From NCBI GenBank assembly GCA_013298985.1, contig JAAFJS010000003.1:6334-70333 (forward strand): a stretch of 64,000 bases of DNA. The letters are read 5' to 3'. The DNA comes from Cytophagales bacterium. GTDB lineage: Bacteria > Bacteroidota > Bacteroidia > Cytophagales > Thermoflexibacteraceae. This document shows, piece by piece, positions 8,520 to 17,428 of this stretch; the first letter of the stretch is position 1, and each line of letters starts with the position of its first letter. The position numbers and the translations under genes are program-made. A model generated the notes under the pieces. The model worked only from the letters and a program-made list of their open reading frames with translations, had not been told where the DNA came from and made no database searches.

Positions 8520-9809
8520 TTATTGATTTGAAAGCACATCAATTTGGCTCAACTGTACCAAACTTTTGGGATTATTGTAGTCGTACTGTGTAATTTTGTT
8601 GCCACCAACCATCATTAATATTTTGCGATTACTGTCAGGAATCACATCATACGTACTCATATTTGCGAAATGAGCAATCTGATTGCGGTCAATCTGCCCT
8701 GGGTCGCGAGCATCATACACTTTCAATCCATCTCTGCCATCACACACGAAAAGCAAACCGTTGTCAATGCCTAAGCCATGCGGATTGGTCATTCTGTATG
8801 TTTTTAATTTTCTGGGGAAAGCAGGATTGTTAATGTCAATCACGTCCAGTTGATTCACGCCACCCGCACAATCCGTTCCATCTCTGAGTGTTACATACGC
8901 ATAATTGCCTTCGACTACTACTGGGTCGCAACTGCGTGTGTGTGCATAATGTCCTCTGCGCTGCGGTGCAAGCGGGTCAGTAATATCGTAAATATACATA
9001 CCTGACTGTGAGCCAATAAAGAGTTGCTGTCCACTGGCAAAAATAGTTTCTATGTCAGTATTGATAGCTACTTTCTGCCCTACCAATCTTGGTTTTTTCG
9101 CCTCCGAAATGTCAAAAATTTGTAAGTCCTGGGAATCAATCGCATACAAATAATTGCCTACAATCGTAAAACAAGCCATAGAACCGCCTTTGCCTGAGCC
9201 GCCAGAAGGTGCGCTATTGGGTTGGTTAAGGCTGGTTACTAATGGATTGCTACCACCAATGCCAGTTGTTCCAAAGCCCATCATATTGGTATTGTTGGTT
9301 CTGGTATTAAACAGATTGTTTAGCCCGCGACCTGTGCTGGTGTTATTGCCACCAAAAAGCATGGGTAGAAAAGAAAACATATTCTCTCCTGTGCGCCACG
9401 CAATCATGTTGGGGTTATTATCGCTTCCATTGGTATTCCACTGGCTGCCTCTGTTGCGGTGCGTAAAAACATTGGAAATACGCGCTAATTCTTTTACATT
9501 TTTCAAATCGCTAATATCTACTGCCACCAAGTCTTGGTTATTATTGGCAAACATCACTGTTCCTTTCATTGCCAAATCTACATTGCCTTGGATTTGGACA
9601 AAGCCCACCTTACGAGGTGATTTGGGATTATAGTTATTAATGACTACCACGCCCTCATTGACCACATTTACATATAAAAAACCTTGGTCATACCAAATTT
9701 TACCTGCCTGACCAAACTGATTTTGAGCAAAGGTACTGGAAAATATGCCCATCAAAAGGGCAATCGCGAAAGCAAACCCGATAATGCTGAATTTAACTTG
9801 ACTTTTCAT
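8520..9809 (-). CDS. LVIVD-repeat beta-propeller protein, secreted
   Basis: Repeated vxDisdPxxP units, GSGKGGSMACF and HTRSCDPVVVEGNYAYVTLR, signal peptide, N/G/T-rich central linker. Confidence 0.85.
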   Translation of the reverse strand: MKSQVKFSIIGFAFAIALLMGIFSSTFAQNQFGQAGKIWYDQGFLYVNVVNEGVVVINNYNPKSPRKVGFVQIQGNVDLAMKGTVMFANNNQDLVAVDISDLKNVKELARISNVFTHRNRGSQWNTNGSDNNPNMIAWRTGENMFSFLPMLFGGNNTSTGRGLNNLFNTRTNNTNMMGFGTTGIGGSNPLVTSLNQPNSAPSGGSGKGGSMACFTIVGNYLYAIDSQDLQIFDISEAKKPRLVGQKVAINTDIETIFASGQQLFIGSQSGMYIYDITDPLAPQRRGHYAHTRSCDPVVVEGNYAYVTLRDGTDCAGGVNQLDVIDINNPAFPRKLKTYRMTNPHGLGIDNGLLFVCDGRDGLKVYDARDPGQIDRNQIAHFANMSTYDVIPDSNRKILMMVGGNKITQYDYNNPKSLVQLSQIDVLSNQ

Positions 9810-9932
9810 ATTATATGTGTTTTTTAGTTTTTTGATTTCTTTTTAAAAATTCATTTGTATCAAAGAGTGCTATAAAATCAAAAGGTTGCCATGCAAAAAA
9901 AATATTTTTGAAAATTATTTTAACACAAAAAT

Positions 9933-10433
9933 TTAGGGCTTATGAATAGTCAATTCCTTATACGTTGATATCGAATCCAACTCTCTCTCAAACCGTAGCT
10001 GAGGCAAAATACCTATCGCAATTTCAGCAGTGGTATAAACCAAACAGCCTTCCAGTAAATGCCCACCTATCGTTTTGCCTGTGCTATCCGAAATGGATAG
10101 ATGTAAATGGCTGCCACTCACCCCCAATGTCCCCACCAAAGATACGATTTCTTGCTTTCCCTCAAAGCTCGTTCCTTCTGGCTGATTTGCCAAGCGTAGA
10201 TGCGTTTTCTGGAGGCTACCCACGCACGTAAGCAAGATACCCGCTTGGATTTGATGTTCGCTTACAAAGTTCTCCAGTTCTTTTTTCAAATCTTGTTCAG
10301 GGCGAAGGCGAATTACTACCACCTCCATATCACTCGTTTTCATGCGTTTAGCAGTTTGCGTATCTGTTTTTCCCTTTGGATTACACGCAAAAATAAGCAT
10401 TGGCAAAACAAAAATAAAATACTTGGCGCGCAT
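9933..10433 (-). CDS. PPC / DUF296 domain protein with possible lipoprotein signal
   Basis: IRLRPEQDL, EIVSLVGTL, HLHLSISDSTGKTIGGHL, VYTTAEI; N-terminal LIFAC lipobox. Confidence 0.85.
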   Translation of the reverse strand: MRAKYFIFVLPMLIFACNPKGKTDTQTAKRMKTSDMEVVVIRLRPEQDLKKELENFVSEHQIQAGILLTCVGSLQKTHLRLANQPEGTSFEGKQEIVSLVGTLGVSGSHLHLSISDSTGKTIGGHLLEGCLVYTTAEIAIGILPQLRFERELDSISTYKELTIHKP

Positions 10434-10465
10434 AGGTTTATAAAAATTTTGTCAATGTAGGGTTT

Positions 10466-10969
10466 TTAATAACACATCTCGTCTAAATCGCAATCTAAGC
10501 CGCATTTGTGGAAAGTATAACGCAATCCGTTTTCATACTTGTACTCCTCTTTAGTTTCATTGGCTACTTTTTTCATAATGTGCAAACCGAAAAAGATAGG
10601 TGTTTGGCTTACTGGATTGCATCTTTTGGCTGTTTCTATCACAAACTTTGCAAAAATATGCCCCGCGTGTATTTGCTCATGCGTATTTGATTTACTTTTA
10701 GATTTCAAATTACAAAGAATAACAAAAGTCTTTTCTTTTTTCTCATAAAAAATCAAATAATCGCACATCAATTTGGGCTGACCATCTTTAAAAAAAGGGA
10801 AAGGATTTTTTTCATCAAGTTTGTAAATGAGCAATTTACCTTGCTTTCTGATTTTAGTAACAGGATAATCAGGTGCTTGTGGTTCATCTAACTGATGAAT
10901 ATTGCTACTATTGGGCTTGCATTGAAAAGCCTCGTGCAGCGTTTTTTCTATTTCATTTATCAATGCCAT
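10466..10969 (-). CDS. small protein with PD-(D/E)xK-like motif, partner of upstream ATPase
   Basis: CDYLIF...VILCNLKS...HEQIHAG. Its ATG overlaps the ATPase TAA by 1 nt (TAATG). Confidence 0.6.
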   Translation of the reverse strand: MALINEIEKTLHEAFQCKPNSSNIHQLDEPQAPDYPVTKIRKQGKLLIYKLDEKNPFPFFKDGQPKLMCDYLIFYEKKEKTFVILCNLKSKSKSNTHEQIHAGHIFAKFVIETAKRCNPVSQTPIFFGLHIMKKVANETKEEYKYENGLRYTFHKCGLDCDLDEMCY

Positions 10970-12315
10970 TAGTCGTAAAGAGAAAAGTAAATATTTTTAA
11001 AAGCATGATTTAGCTCGTTGATTTCCTTGTCAATCGTTTCTATTTCAAAGCCTTCTTGGGTAACAGGCACGACTTCTGAATGTTTGTCTTTGAATAGATA
11101 AACGCCTAAATCTTCTGGTTTGAGTAACTCATTGTCTTGATAACCATATTTTTTTTGTAGTTCTTTGGCTTCGGGCTTATCAGGGTTATTGAGCATAATA
11201 AGTAAATTTAACTCCTTGATAATGTAGTCGCTATGCGTACTTATCAAAACCTTAAATCCTTCATTGACGAAGCGAGCAAGCAAGCGAGCCACTGCTCTTT
11301 GCATATCAGGGTGCAGGTTTAGCTCTGGTTCATCTATGATAATCAAATCTCCTGCTTGGGCTAAGTGCCTGAAATAAAACACAATGCTTGATAAAGATTT
11401 GACCATAGAGGCGGAAACGTGCATGGGCAAGTTTACATTTTTTGTTCCATTAGGAGTGTATTGGATTTCTCCATATTTATTAACTTTGATTTTCCCTTTG
11501 AGTATTTTCTTCTCTATTTCTTCTGCCAAATATTCATACTTGCTTTTTTGCTGACTAAGGCGAGCCAAATCTTCGGCAATTTTCAAACTCTCCCGAATAG
11601 GCAAGGGATAACGTGTTGCTCTTTCTTCTAATAATTTATCACGATTTTTTGTGTTTTTTACACTTAGTAGCTCATCAACTAAATCATTTCTTTTAATAGA
11701 TAATTCTTTGCTAAAAATGTTTATTGCGGCACGTTCGGCAGGGAAAATAAGTACATTTGTTTTTAAAATCGAATTTATAAAAATTTTGAAAGTCCTATCT
11801 AACAAACTTAATAGTTGATAATGGTCTTGACCAAGTACATCATTAATATCACCTAAAATTTTTAGATACTCTTCTTCTTCTTTTTTCAAAATTCTTACCC
11901 TTTCATCTCCTGACTCAATGAAAGAATTTAAGTATGTTCTAAAAAATGTTTCATAAATATTTATAAAACTTATTTCAGTTTTCGCAAACTGTTTTTCCTC
12001 CAAATTAAATAAAAAGCTAAGATTTGGTTTTATCTGCTCTGAAAATTCTTTCTCTAAATCTTTTATAGTATCTTTTATTATATTTAGAAAATTAATACAA
12101 TAAACTCCATCTACTAATTTTATATATGGGTAATATAATCGGATTTCAGGAAATACTGAAAAAGGGAATAGTGAAAAAAAATGATGCCAACCAAAAATAG
12201 TATACGCCATATACGTCTTTCCTGTATTATTCGCACCACAGAGGATATTGAGTTTTTTACTCAAATCTATTTCAGAGTGTTCTAAAATTCCTAAGTTTTT
12301 TACACTGATTTTCAT
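10969..12315 (-). CDS. ABC/SMC-like AAA ATPase (AAA_15/AAA_21 type)
   Basis: Walker A GANNTGKT, PAER, signature-like SASMVKSL, Walker B IIIDEPELNLHP, STHSDY. Start taken at MKISVKNLG (12315). Confidence 0.85.
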   Translation of the reverse strand: MKISVKNLGILEHSEIDLSKKLNILCGANNTGKTYMAYTIFGWHHFFSLFPFSVFPEIRLYYPYIKLVDGVYCINFLNIIKDTIKDLEKEFSEQIKPNLSFLFNLEEKQFAKTEISFINIYETFFRTYLNSFIESGDERVRILKKEEEEYLKILGDINDVLGQDHYQLLSLLDRTFKIFINSILKTNVLIFPAERAAINIFSKELSIKRNDLVDELLSVKNTKNRDKLLEERATRYPLPIRESLKIAEDLARLSQQKSKYEYLAEEIEKKILKGKIKVNKYGEIQYTPNGTKNVNLPMHVSASMVKSLSSIVFYFRHLAQAGDLIIIDEPELNLHPDMQRAVARLLARFVNEGFKVLISTHSDYIIKELNLLIMLNNPDKPEAKELQKKYGYQDNELLKPEDLGVYLFKDKHSEVVPVTQEGFEIETIDKEINELNHAFKNIYFSLYD

Positions 12316-12354
12316 TAATAGAGTAGTTTTTTTAACCAAAGGTACGCATAGTTT

Positions 12355-13053
12355 CTACGATTCAAACAAATTCCAAATTTTTTCTTTGGGCAAATCTGCC
12401 TCAAAAAATAGCATTGTTTTCTGGATAGGGTGTATAAATTTGACACTTCGCGAGTGTAGGTGAATCCTTCCATCAGCGTTCATTTCGGGGAAGCCGTACT
12501 TCACATCTCCCACTATCACGCAGCCCATCTGTCTTAACTGCACCCTAATCTGATGCGGTCTGCCCGTAATGGGCTTTACTTCTATGAGCTGATAGCCACT
12601 TTTTTCTTGCAAAAACTGATAATCAAGCTCGGCAAGCTGGCTGGCTGGCACTTCCTTGTCAAAAGCCGTAACCTTGTTTTTTTCATGGTCTTTCCGCAGC
12701 CAGTGTTTCAGGTGTCCTTGCTCCTCGGCGGGGCGTTTTTTGCTGATAGCCCAGTAAGTTTTATGAATTTCTCGGTTTTTAAACTGCAAATTCATGCGCT
12801 CCAATGCCTTCGAAGTCTTTGCCAAAATGACCAAACCGCTTACAGGGCGGTCAAGGCGGTGAATAACCCCACAAAAGACATTGCCTTGCTTGTCGTACTT
12901 TTCCTTCAAATATAGCTTGACCAGTTCCGAAAGCGGCGCATCACCCGTTTCATCACCTTGCACCAGCACACCGCTTTCCTTGTTTACGATAATGAGGTGG
13001 TTATCCTCATAAATCACGCGGAAAGGATATTTGTGTGTAGATAAATTTACCAT
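12355..13053 (-). CDS. rluA: RluA-family pseudouridine synthase
   Basis: YEDNHLIIVNK, HRLDRPVSG (catalytic Asp), TGRPHQIRVQL, GDVKYG, LHS. Confidence 0.9.
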   Translation of the reverse strand: MVNLSTHKYPFRVIYEDNHLIIVNKESGVLVQGDETGDAPLSELVKLYLKEKYDKQGNVFCGVIHRLDRPVSGLVILAKTSKALERMNLQFKNREIHKTYWAISKKRPAEEQGHLKHWLRKDHEKNKVTAFDKEVPASQLAELDYQFLQEKSGYQLIEVKPITGRPHQIRVQLRQMGCVIVGDVKYGFPEMNADGRIHLHSRSVKFIHPIQKTMLFFEADLPKEKIWNLFES

Positions 13054-13082
13054 AAAACATATTTCTTTGAAAAAACAAATCG

Positions 13083-13090
13083 TATCTTTG
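13083..13090 (+). promoter_or_regulatory. Bacteroidota -7 promoter box upstream of sodA
   Basis: TATCTTTG fits the TAnnTTTG consensus, about 135 bp before the ATG. Confidence 0.5.
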
Positions 13091-13225
13091 TTAAGTTATA
13101 TGTAAAATTAACAGGTTAATGTTTATAGCGTTAAGAAAATGAATAAAAATATTTTTCATAAAATCATTAACGCACAAAACCCTAACTTTTAATCACTCAT
13201 TTACAACTCATAAACAAAAAAAATC

Positions 13226-13831
13226 ATGGCATTCGAATTACCTGCATTACCGTATGACAAGGCGGCATTAGAGCCTCACATCGACGCAACCACTATGGAA
13301 ATTCATCATGGCAGACATCACAACGCGTACGTTACGAACCTAAACGCTGCCACAAAAGGAACAGAGATGGAAAATATGTCCGTCGAAGACCTAATGAAAA
13401 ATATGAGCAAATATCCTGCACCTGTCCGCAACAATGGTGGTGGGCATTACAACCACTCCCTGTTTTGGCAACTGATGAGTCCTACGGGTGGCGGCGAGCC
13501 TACGGGTAGCTTGGCGGCGGCTATCACTGCCAAATTTGGTTCTTTTGCTACTTTCAAGGAAGAATTTGCCAAGGCAGGCGTAGGCAGATTTGGCTCTGGC
13601 TGGGCATGGCTTATCGTAGAAAATGGCGCACTCAAAATCTGCTCCACCCCTAACCAAGACAACCCTCTCATGGATTTGAACCCTGACAAAGGCACACCAA
13701 TTCTTGCTTTGGACGTTTGGGAACACGCCTATTATCTGAAATATCAAAACAAACGCCCTGACTATATTGCCGCTTTTTGGAATGTAGTAAACTGGGCAGA
13801 GGTAAGCAAGCGATTCGAAGCCGCAAAATAA
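13226..13831 (+). CDS. sodA: Fe/Mn superoxide dismutase
   Basis: [38 protein letters not shown]. Confidence 0.95.
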   Translation: MAFELPALPYDKAALEPHIDATTMEIHHGRHHNAYVTNLNAATKGTEMENMSVEDLMKNMSKYPAPVRNNGGGHYNHSLFWQLMSPTGGGEPTGSLAAAITAKFGSFATFKEEFAKAGVGRFGSGWAWLIVENGALKICSTPNQDNPLMDLNPDKGTPILALDVWEHAYYLKYQNKRPDYIAAFWNVVNWAEVSKRFEAAK

Positions 13832-13874
13832 CGGTTGCTGAAACGTCAATTACCCAATATTTGTTAAAACAACT

Positions 13875-13915
13875 TAACCTCACCAACTTCGCAGATTTTG
13901 GTGAGGTTATTTTTT
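13875..13915 (+). terminator. intrinsic terminator of sodA
   Basis: 12-bp stem TAACCTCACCAA / TTGGTGAGGTTA followed by a T-run. Confidence 0.8.
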
Positions 13916-14125
13916 ATAATTTTACTTTTCGTCCCTTTCTCTACACACAAAGAAGTAAAGTATATTGGGAAAATGTTTTTTTTTTTTACAACTTGCAAGC
14001 CTGAATTATTTAATGATAAACTGTAAAGTTCAAATAGTTGATTTTCAAATAATTATGTTTTATAAGTTTTTTGAAAAATTAAAAAAATTCATTATTTATA
14101 ACTTATCACTCATCACAAAGGAAAT

Positions 14126-14524
14126 ATGTTTAAGATAAAACTGGAATTAGATGGAAGAAATTATGACTTGGACAATGTGAGCTATTCGTCCAGCAACTAC
14201 GCAGCTACGCCCGAAAATGAGGGTTACAAAGACAGCGTTAATATTTCTATGAGCATCAAACTGAACAAGATAGACCAAACATTACTGGACTGGGGGCTAA
14301 ATGGTGCAAGCCAGCGCAAAGATGGCAAGATTACGGTCTTTGACCCTGACAGAGATATGATGGTCAAAATGATTACATTCAAGAAAGGCTATTGCGGCTC
14401 GCTGAGTGGCAGTGTCTATGGACATGATGACTATAATACCTATCCTATCGTGCTGAATATCACCGCCGAGAAGCTGGCAGTGCAATTAGAAAAATCAAAA
14501 GGCAAAAGAATCTCTGACGATTAA
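14126..14524 (+). CDS. tssD: TssD-like (Bacteroidota Hcp / T6SS tube) protein, orphan
   Basis: 132 aa with pattern LELDGRNYDL..VSY...LLDW...KDGKITVF...ITFKKGYC...I.AEKL, as in TssD. No other T6SS gene in the window. Confidence 0.6.
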   Translation: MFKIKLELDGRNYDLDNVSYSSSNYAATPENEGYKDSVNISMSIKLNKIDQTLLDWGLNGASQRKDGKITVFDPDRDMMVKMITFKKGYCGSLSGSVYGHDDYNTYPIVLNITAEKLAVQLEKSKGKRISDD

Positions 14525-14527
14525 ATA

Positions 14528-15622
14528 ATGGAAAATAAAGAAAATAGAACACAAGCAAATCATTCGGCTGTGCCACGCATAGGAATTACCATGGGCGATT
14601 TTAACGGCATAGGTATCGAGGTGATAATGAAATCTTTACAAGACCCGCGCATCTTGCGTATGTGCGTACCTGTACTGTACGGCTCAGGCAAAGCACTGGC
14701 AAAATACAAAAAATTGCTCAATATCGAAACTTTCAATTACCACCAAATCACTGATGGCATCGTGCATGATAGGAAAGTAAATGTGGTGAACTGTTGGGAC
14801 AATGTGTTTTTGGATATAAACCCAAGCGAAATCACCGAAGAGGCAGGAAAGTGCGCCTACCTTGCCTTGGCAAAGTCCTCCGAAGACCTTAAAAACGGAG
14901 TGATTGACGCAGTGGTTACTGCGCCTATCAACAAACACAATATACAAGGTGCTGATTTTCAGTTTGCTGGACATACCGAATATTATGCTTCCCAGTTTGC
15001 CGCAGACGAGTCGCTGATGTGTATGATGTCTGAAAAACTGCGCTTGGCAACACTTACAGGACATATTCCACTAAATGATGTCGCAAAAAAACTCACAAGA
15101 GAGCTAATTATCAAGAAATTAAATATTTTTCTTCAATCACTCAAATACGATTTTGGGATAAATAAACCGCGAATTGCGGTTTTGGGCTTGAACCCTCATG
15201 CGGGCGAGCAAGGAATGTTGGGCGTAGAGGAAGGAACGGTTATCGAGCCTGCTATCAAGCACTTACGCGAGCAAGGACACTTAATTTTTGGCACTTTTCC
15301 TGCTGATGGATTCTTTGGCTCGATGCGTTATCGCCAGTTTGATGCTGTCGTTTCCATGTACCACGACCAAGGGCTGATTCCCTTCAAGATGTTGGCTTTT
15401 GAGGACGGTGTAAACTATACCGCAGGGCTTTCCATTGTTCGTACTTCGCCTGACCATGGTACAGCTTATGACATTGCAGGGAAAAATATTGCAGACGAAT
15501 CCTCCATGCGTGCCGCTATTTTCTTGGCTTGTGAAGTGGTGAAGCAAAGAAAAGAAAACCGTAAGCCCAAAGAAGAGAAAAACCCAAACAGGGAAAAATA
15601 CGTTTTTGAAATAGAAAAATAG
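14528..15622 (+). CDS. pdxA: 4-hydroxythreonine-4-phosphate dehydrogenase
   Basis: GITMGDFNGIG, VTAPINK, GHTEY, GLNPHAGE, MYHDQGLIPFK, RTSPDHGTAYDIAG. Confidence 0.95.
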   Translation: MENKENRTQANHSAVPRIGITMGDFNGIGIEVIMKSLQDPRILRMCVPVLYGSGKALAKYKKLLNIETFNYHQITDGIVHDRKVNVVNCWDNVFLDINPSEITEEAGKCAYLALAKSSEDLKNGVIDAVVTAPINKHNIQGADFQFAGHTEYYASQFAADESLMCMMSEKLRLATLTGHIPLNDVAKKLTRELIIKKLNIFLQSLKYDFGINKPRIAVLGLNPHAGEQGMLGVEEGTVIEPAIKHLREQGHLIFGTFPADGFFGSMRYRQFDAVVSMYHDQGLIPFKMLAFEDGVNYTAGLSIVRTSPDHGTAYDIAGKNIADESSMRAAIFLACEVVKQRKENRKPKEEKNPNREKYVFEIEK

Positions 15623-15638
15623 GCTAAACTGATTTTTT

Positions 15639-16427
15639 ATGAAAACGCTAACATTATTTTTTTTATTTTGTGCCATTTCTTTGACCTCCCAAGCGCAAGG
15701 GTTAAATGATTTACTTTTTTCTGTCGAAGACGAAATCAAGTTAGGTCGCCAAGTAGCAGATGAGGTGGAAAAAGACCCCAAAAACAAAGTATTGGACGAG
15801 AAAAAATACCCGCAAGCCTACGCGCACCTGCGAAGGATTACCAACACTATCCTCAATTCAGGGCAGGTCAAGTACAAAGACCAGTTCGTATGGCAGGTCA
15901 AGATTATCCAAAATGATACCACTTTGAACGCTTTTTGCGCGCCAGGCGGTTTCATTTATGTCTATACGGGCATCATCAAGTTTTTGGACAACGAAGACCA
16001 GTTCGCGGGCGTGATGGCACACGAAATTGCCCATGCAGACCGCAGACACGCGACCAGCAATTTGGCAAATATGCACGGAATAAATTTTGGTATGCAACTG
16101 CTTTTGGGAAAAAATAGTGGCGGGCGAATAGCACAAATAGCAAGTAGCTTAATCAATCTGAAGTTTAGTCGCACCCACGAAACCGAAGCAGATGAGTATT
16201 CGGTCATTTATTTATGCAATACCAATTATAGGTCTGACGGTGCGGCAGGCTTCTTCGAGAAAATGCAACGCACCAGCAAGGGGTCAAGTGTTCCCGCCTT
16301 TTTGAGTACACACCCTAACTCAGCCAATAGAATAGAAAATATCAAAAATGCGGCAACCAAGCGCAAATGTAAGCTCAACTCTGCCAAAGATGCTAATTAT
16401 GCTGCATTCAAAAAGAGTTTGCCATAA
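15639..16427 (+). CDS. M48-family metallopeptidase, secreted
   Basis: NAFCAPGG, HEIAH, FSRTHETEAD, FLSTHP. Confidence 0.9.
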   Translation: MKTLTLFFLFCAISLTSQAQGLNDLLFSVEDEIKLGRQVADEVEKDPKNKVLDEKKYPQAYAHLRRITNTILNSGQVKYKDQFVWQVKIIQNDTTLNAFCAPGGFIYVYTGIIKFLDNEDQFAGVMAHEIAHADRRHATSNLANMHGINFGMQLLLGKNSGGRIAQIASSLINLKFSRTHETEADEYSVIYLCNTNYRSDGAAGFFEKMQRTSKGSSVPAFLSTHPNSANRIENIKNAATKRKCKLNSAKDANYAAFKKSLP

Positions 16428-16492
16428 ACAATCTTTCACAACAAATATTTTTGAATTTCGTTGATTTTTAGTATATTAGCACAAAAAATAGC

Positions 16493-17371
16493 ATGGCTAA
16501 ACTTATTCGATTTGATTGGGCATTAAAAAGATTGCTAAGAAATAAGATAAACTTCGACATTTTGGAGGGTTTTCTTAGTGAGTTACTGCTTGATGATATT
16601 AGGATTGAAAAAATATTGGAAAGTGAAAGTAATAGAACGCACGCTGACGACAAACAAAATCGCGTAGATTTACTTGTCGAAAACAGCAAAAAAGAGCTAT
16701 TAATCATTGAAATTCAGAATACTACGGAGCATGACTATTTTCAGCGATTGCTTTATGGCACAGCAAAGGCTATCACAGAAAATATGTTTAAGGGAATGAG
16801 GTATTCTCAAATCAAGAAAATTATTTCCATCAGCATTGTTTATTTTGACTTAGGGCAGGGAACAGATTATGTGTATGCGGGGACTACACAGTTCGTTGGT
16901 TTACATGAGAAAGATGTCCTGCAACTCAGCAAAACGCAGATAGATTTGTACGGGAAGGCTCAGGTATATAACTTTTTCCCTGAATACTACCTCGTCAAAG
17001 TCAATAATTTTAATGAGGTTGCCAAAGATAGCTTGGACGAATGGATTTATTTTTTGAAAAATGAGGAAATCAAAACAGAATTTAGGGCAAAAGGAATCCA
17101 AAAGGCAAAAGAGGAATTTAGCGTGATGAAACTTTCAGAAGAGGATAGGCTGGATTATGATATCTATCTGGACAACCTGAGCTACCAAGCGAGTATGTTT
17201 GAATCCACTTTTGTGTCAGGACAATTAGCTGGTAAAATTCAAGGCAAAATTGAAGAAAGAACGCAAAATATCAAAAATGCGCTTCGGCAAGGCATTTTGA
17301 CCATTGCTCAAATTGCCCAACTTTTTGGCGTAAGTGAAGCAGAAGTCATTGAAATTCAGAAATCTATATAG
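16493..17371 (+). CDS. Rpn-family recombination-promoting nuclease / putative transposase (PD-(D/E)xK)
   Basis: RFDWALKRLL, RVDLLVE, IIEIQN, YFQRLLYG, LDEWIYFLKN, and a C-terminal G..EG-like tail. Confidence 0.85.
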   Translation: MAKLIRFDWALKRLLRNKINFDILEGFLSELLLDDIRIEKILESESNRTHADDKQNRVDLLVENSKKELLIIEIQNTTEHDYFQRLLYGTAKAITENMFKGMRYSQIKKIISISIVYFDLGQGTDYVYAGTTQFVGLHEKDVLQLSKTQIDLYGKAQVYNFFPEYYLVKVNNFNEVAKDSLDEWIYFLKNEEIKTEFRAKGIQKAKEEFSVMKLSEEDRLDYDIYLDNLSYQASMFESTFVSGQLAGKIQGKIEERTQNIKNALRQGILTIAQIAQLFGVSEAEVIEIQKSI

Positions 17372-17428
17372 CATTTTACAGATGAGTTTTTACAGAAATG
17401 AATTAGTATCACCTATTTTGAGCATTTT

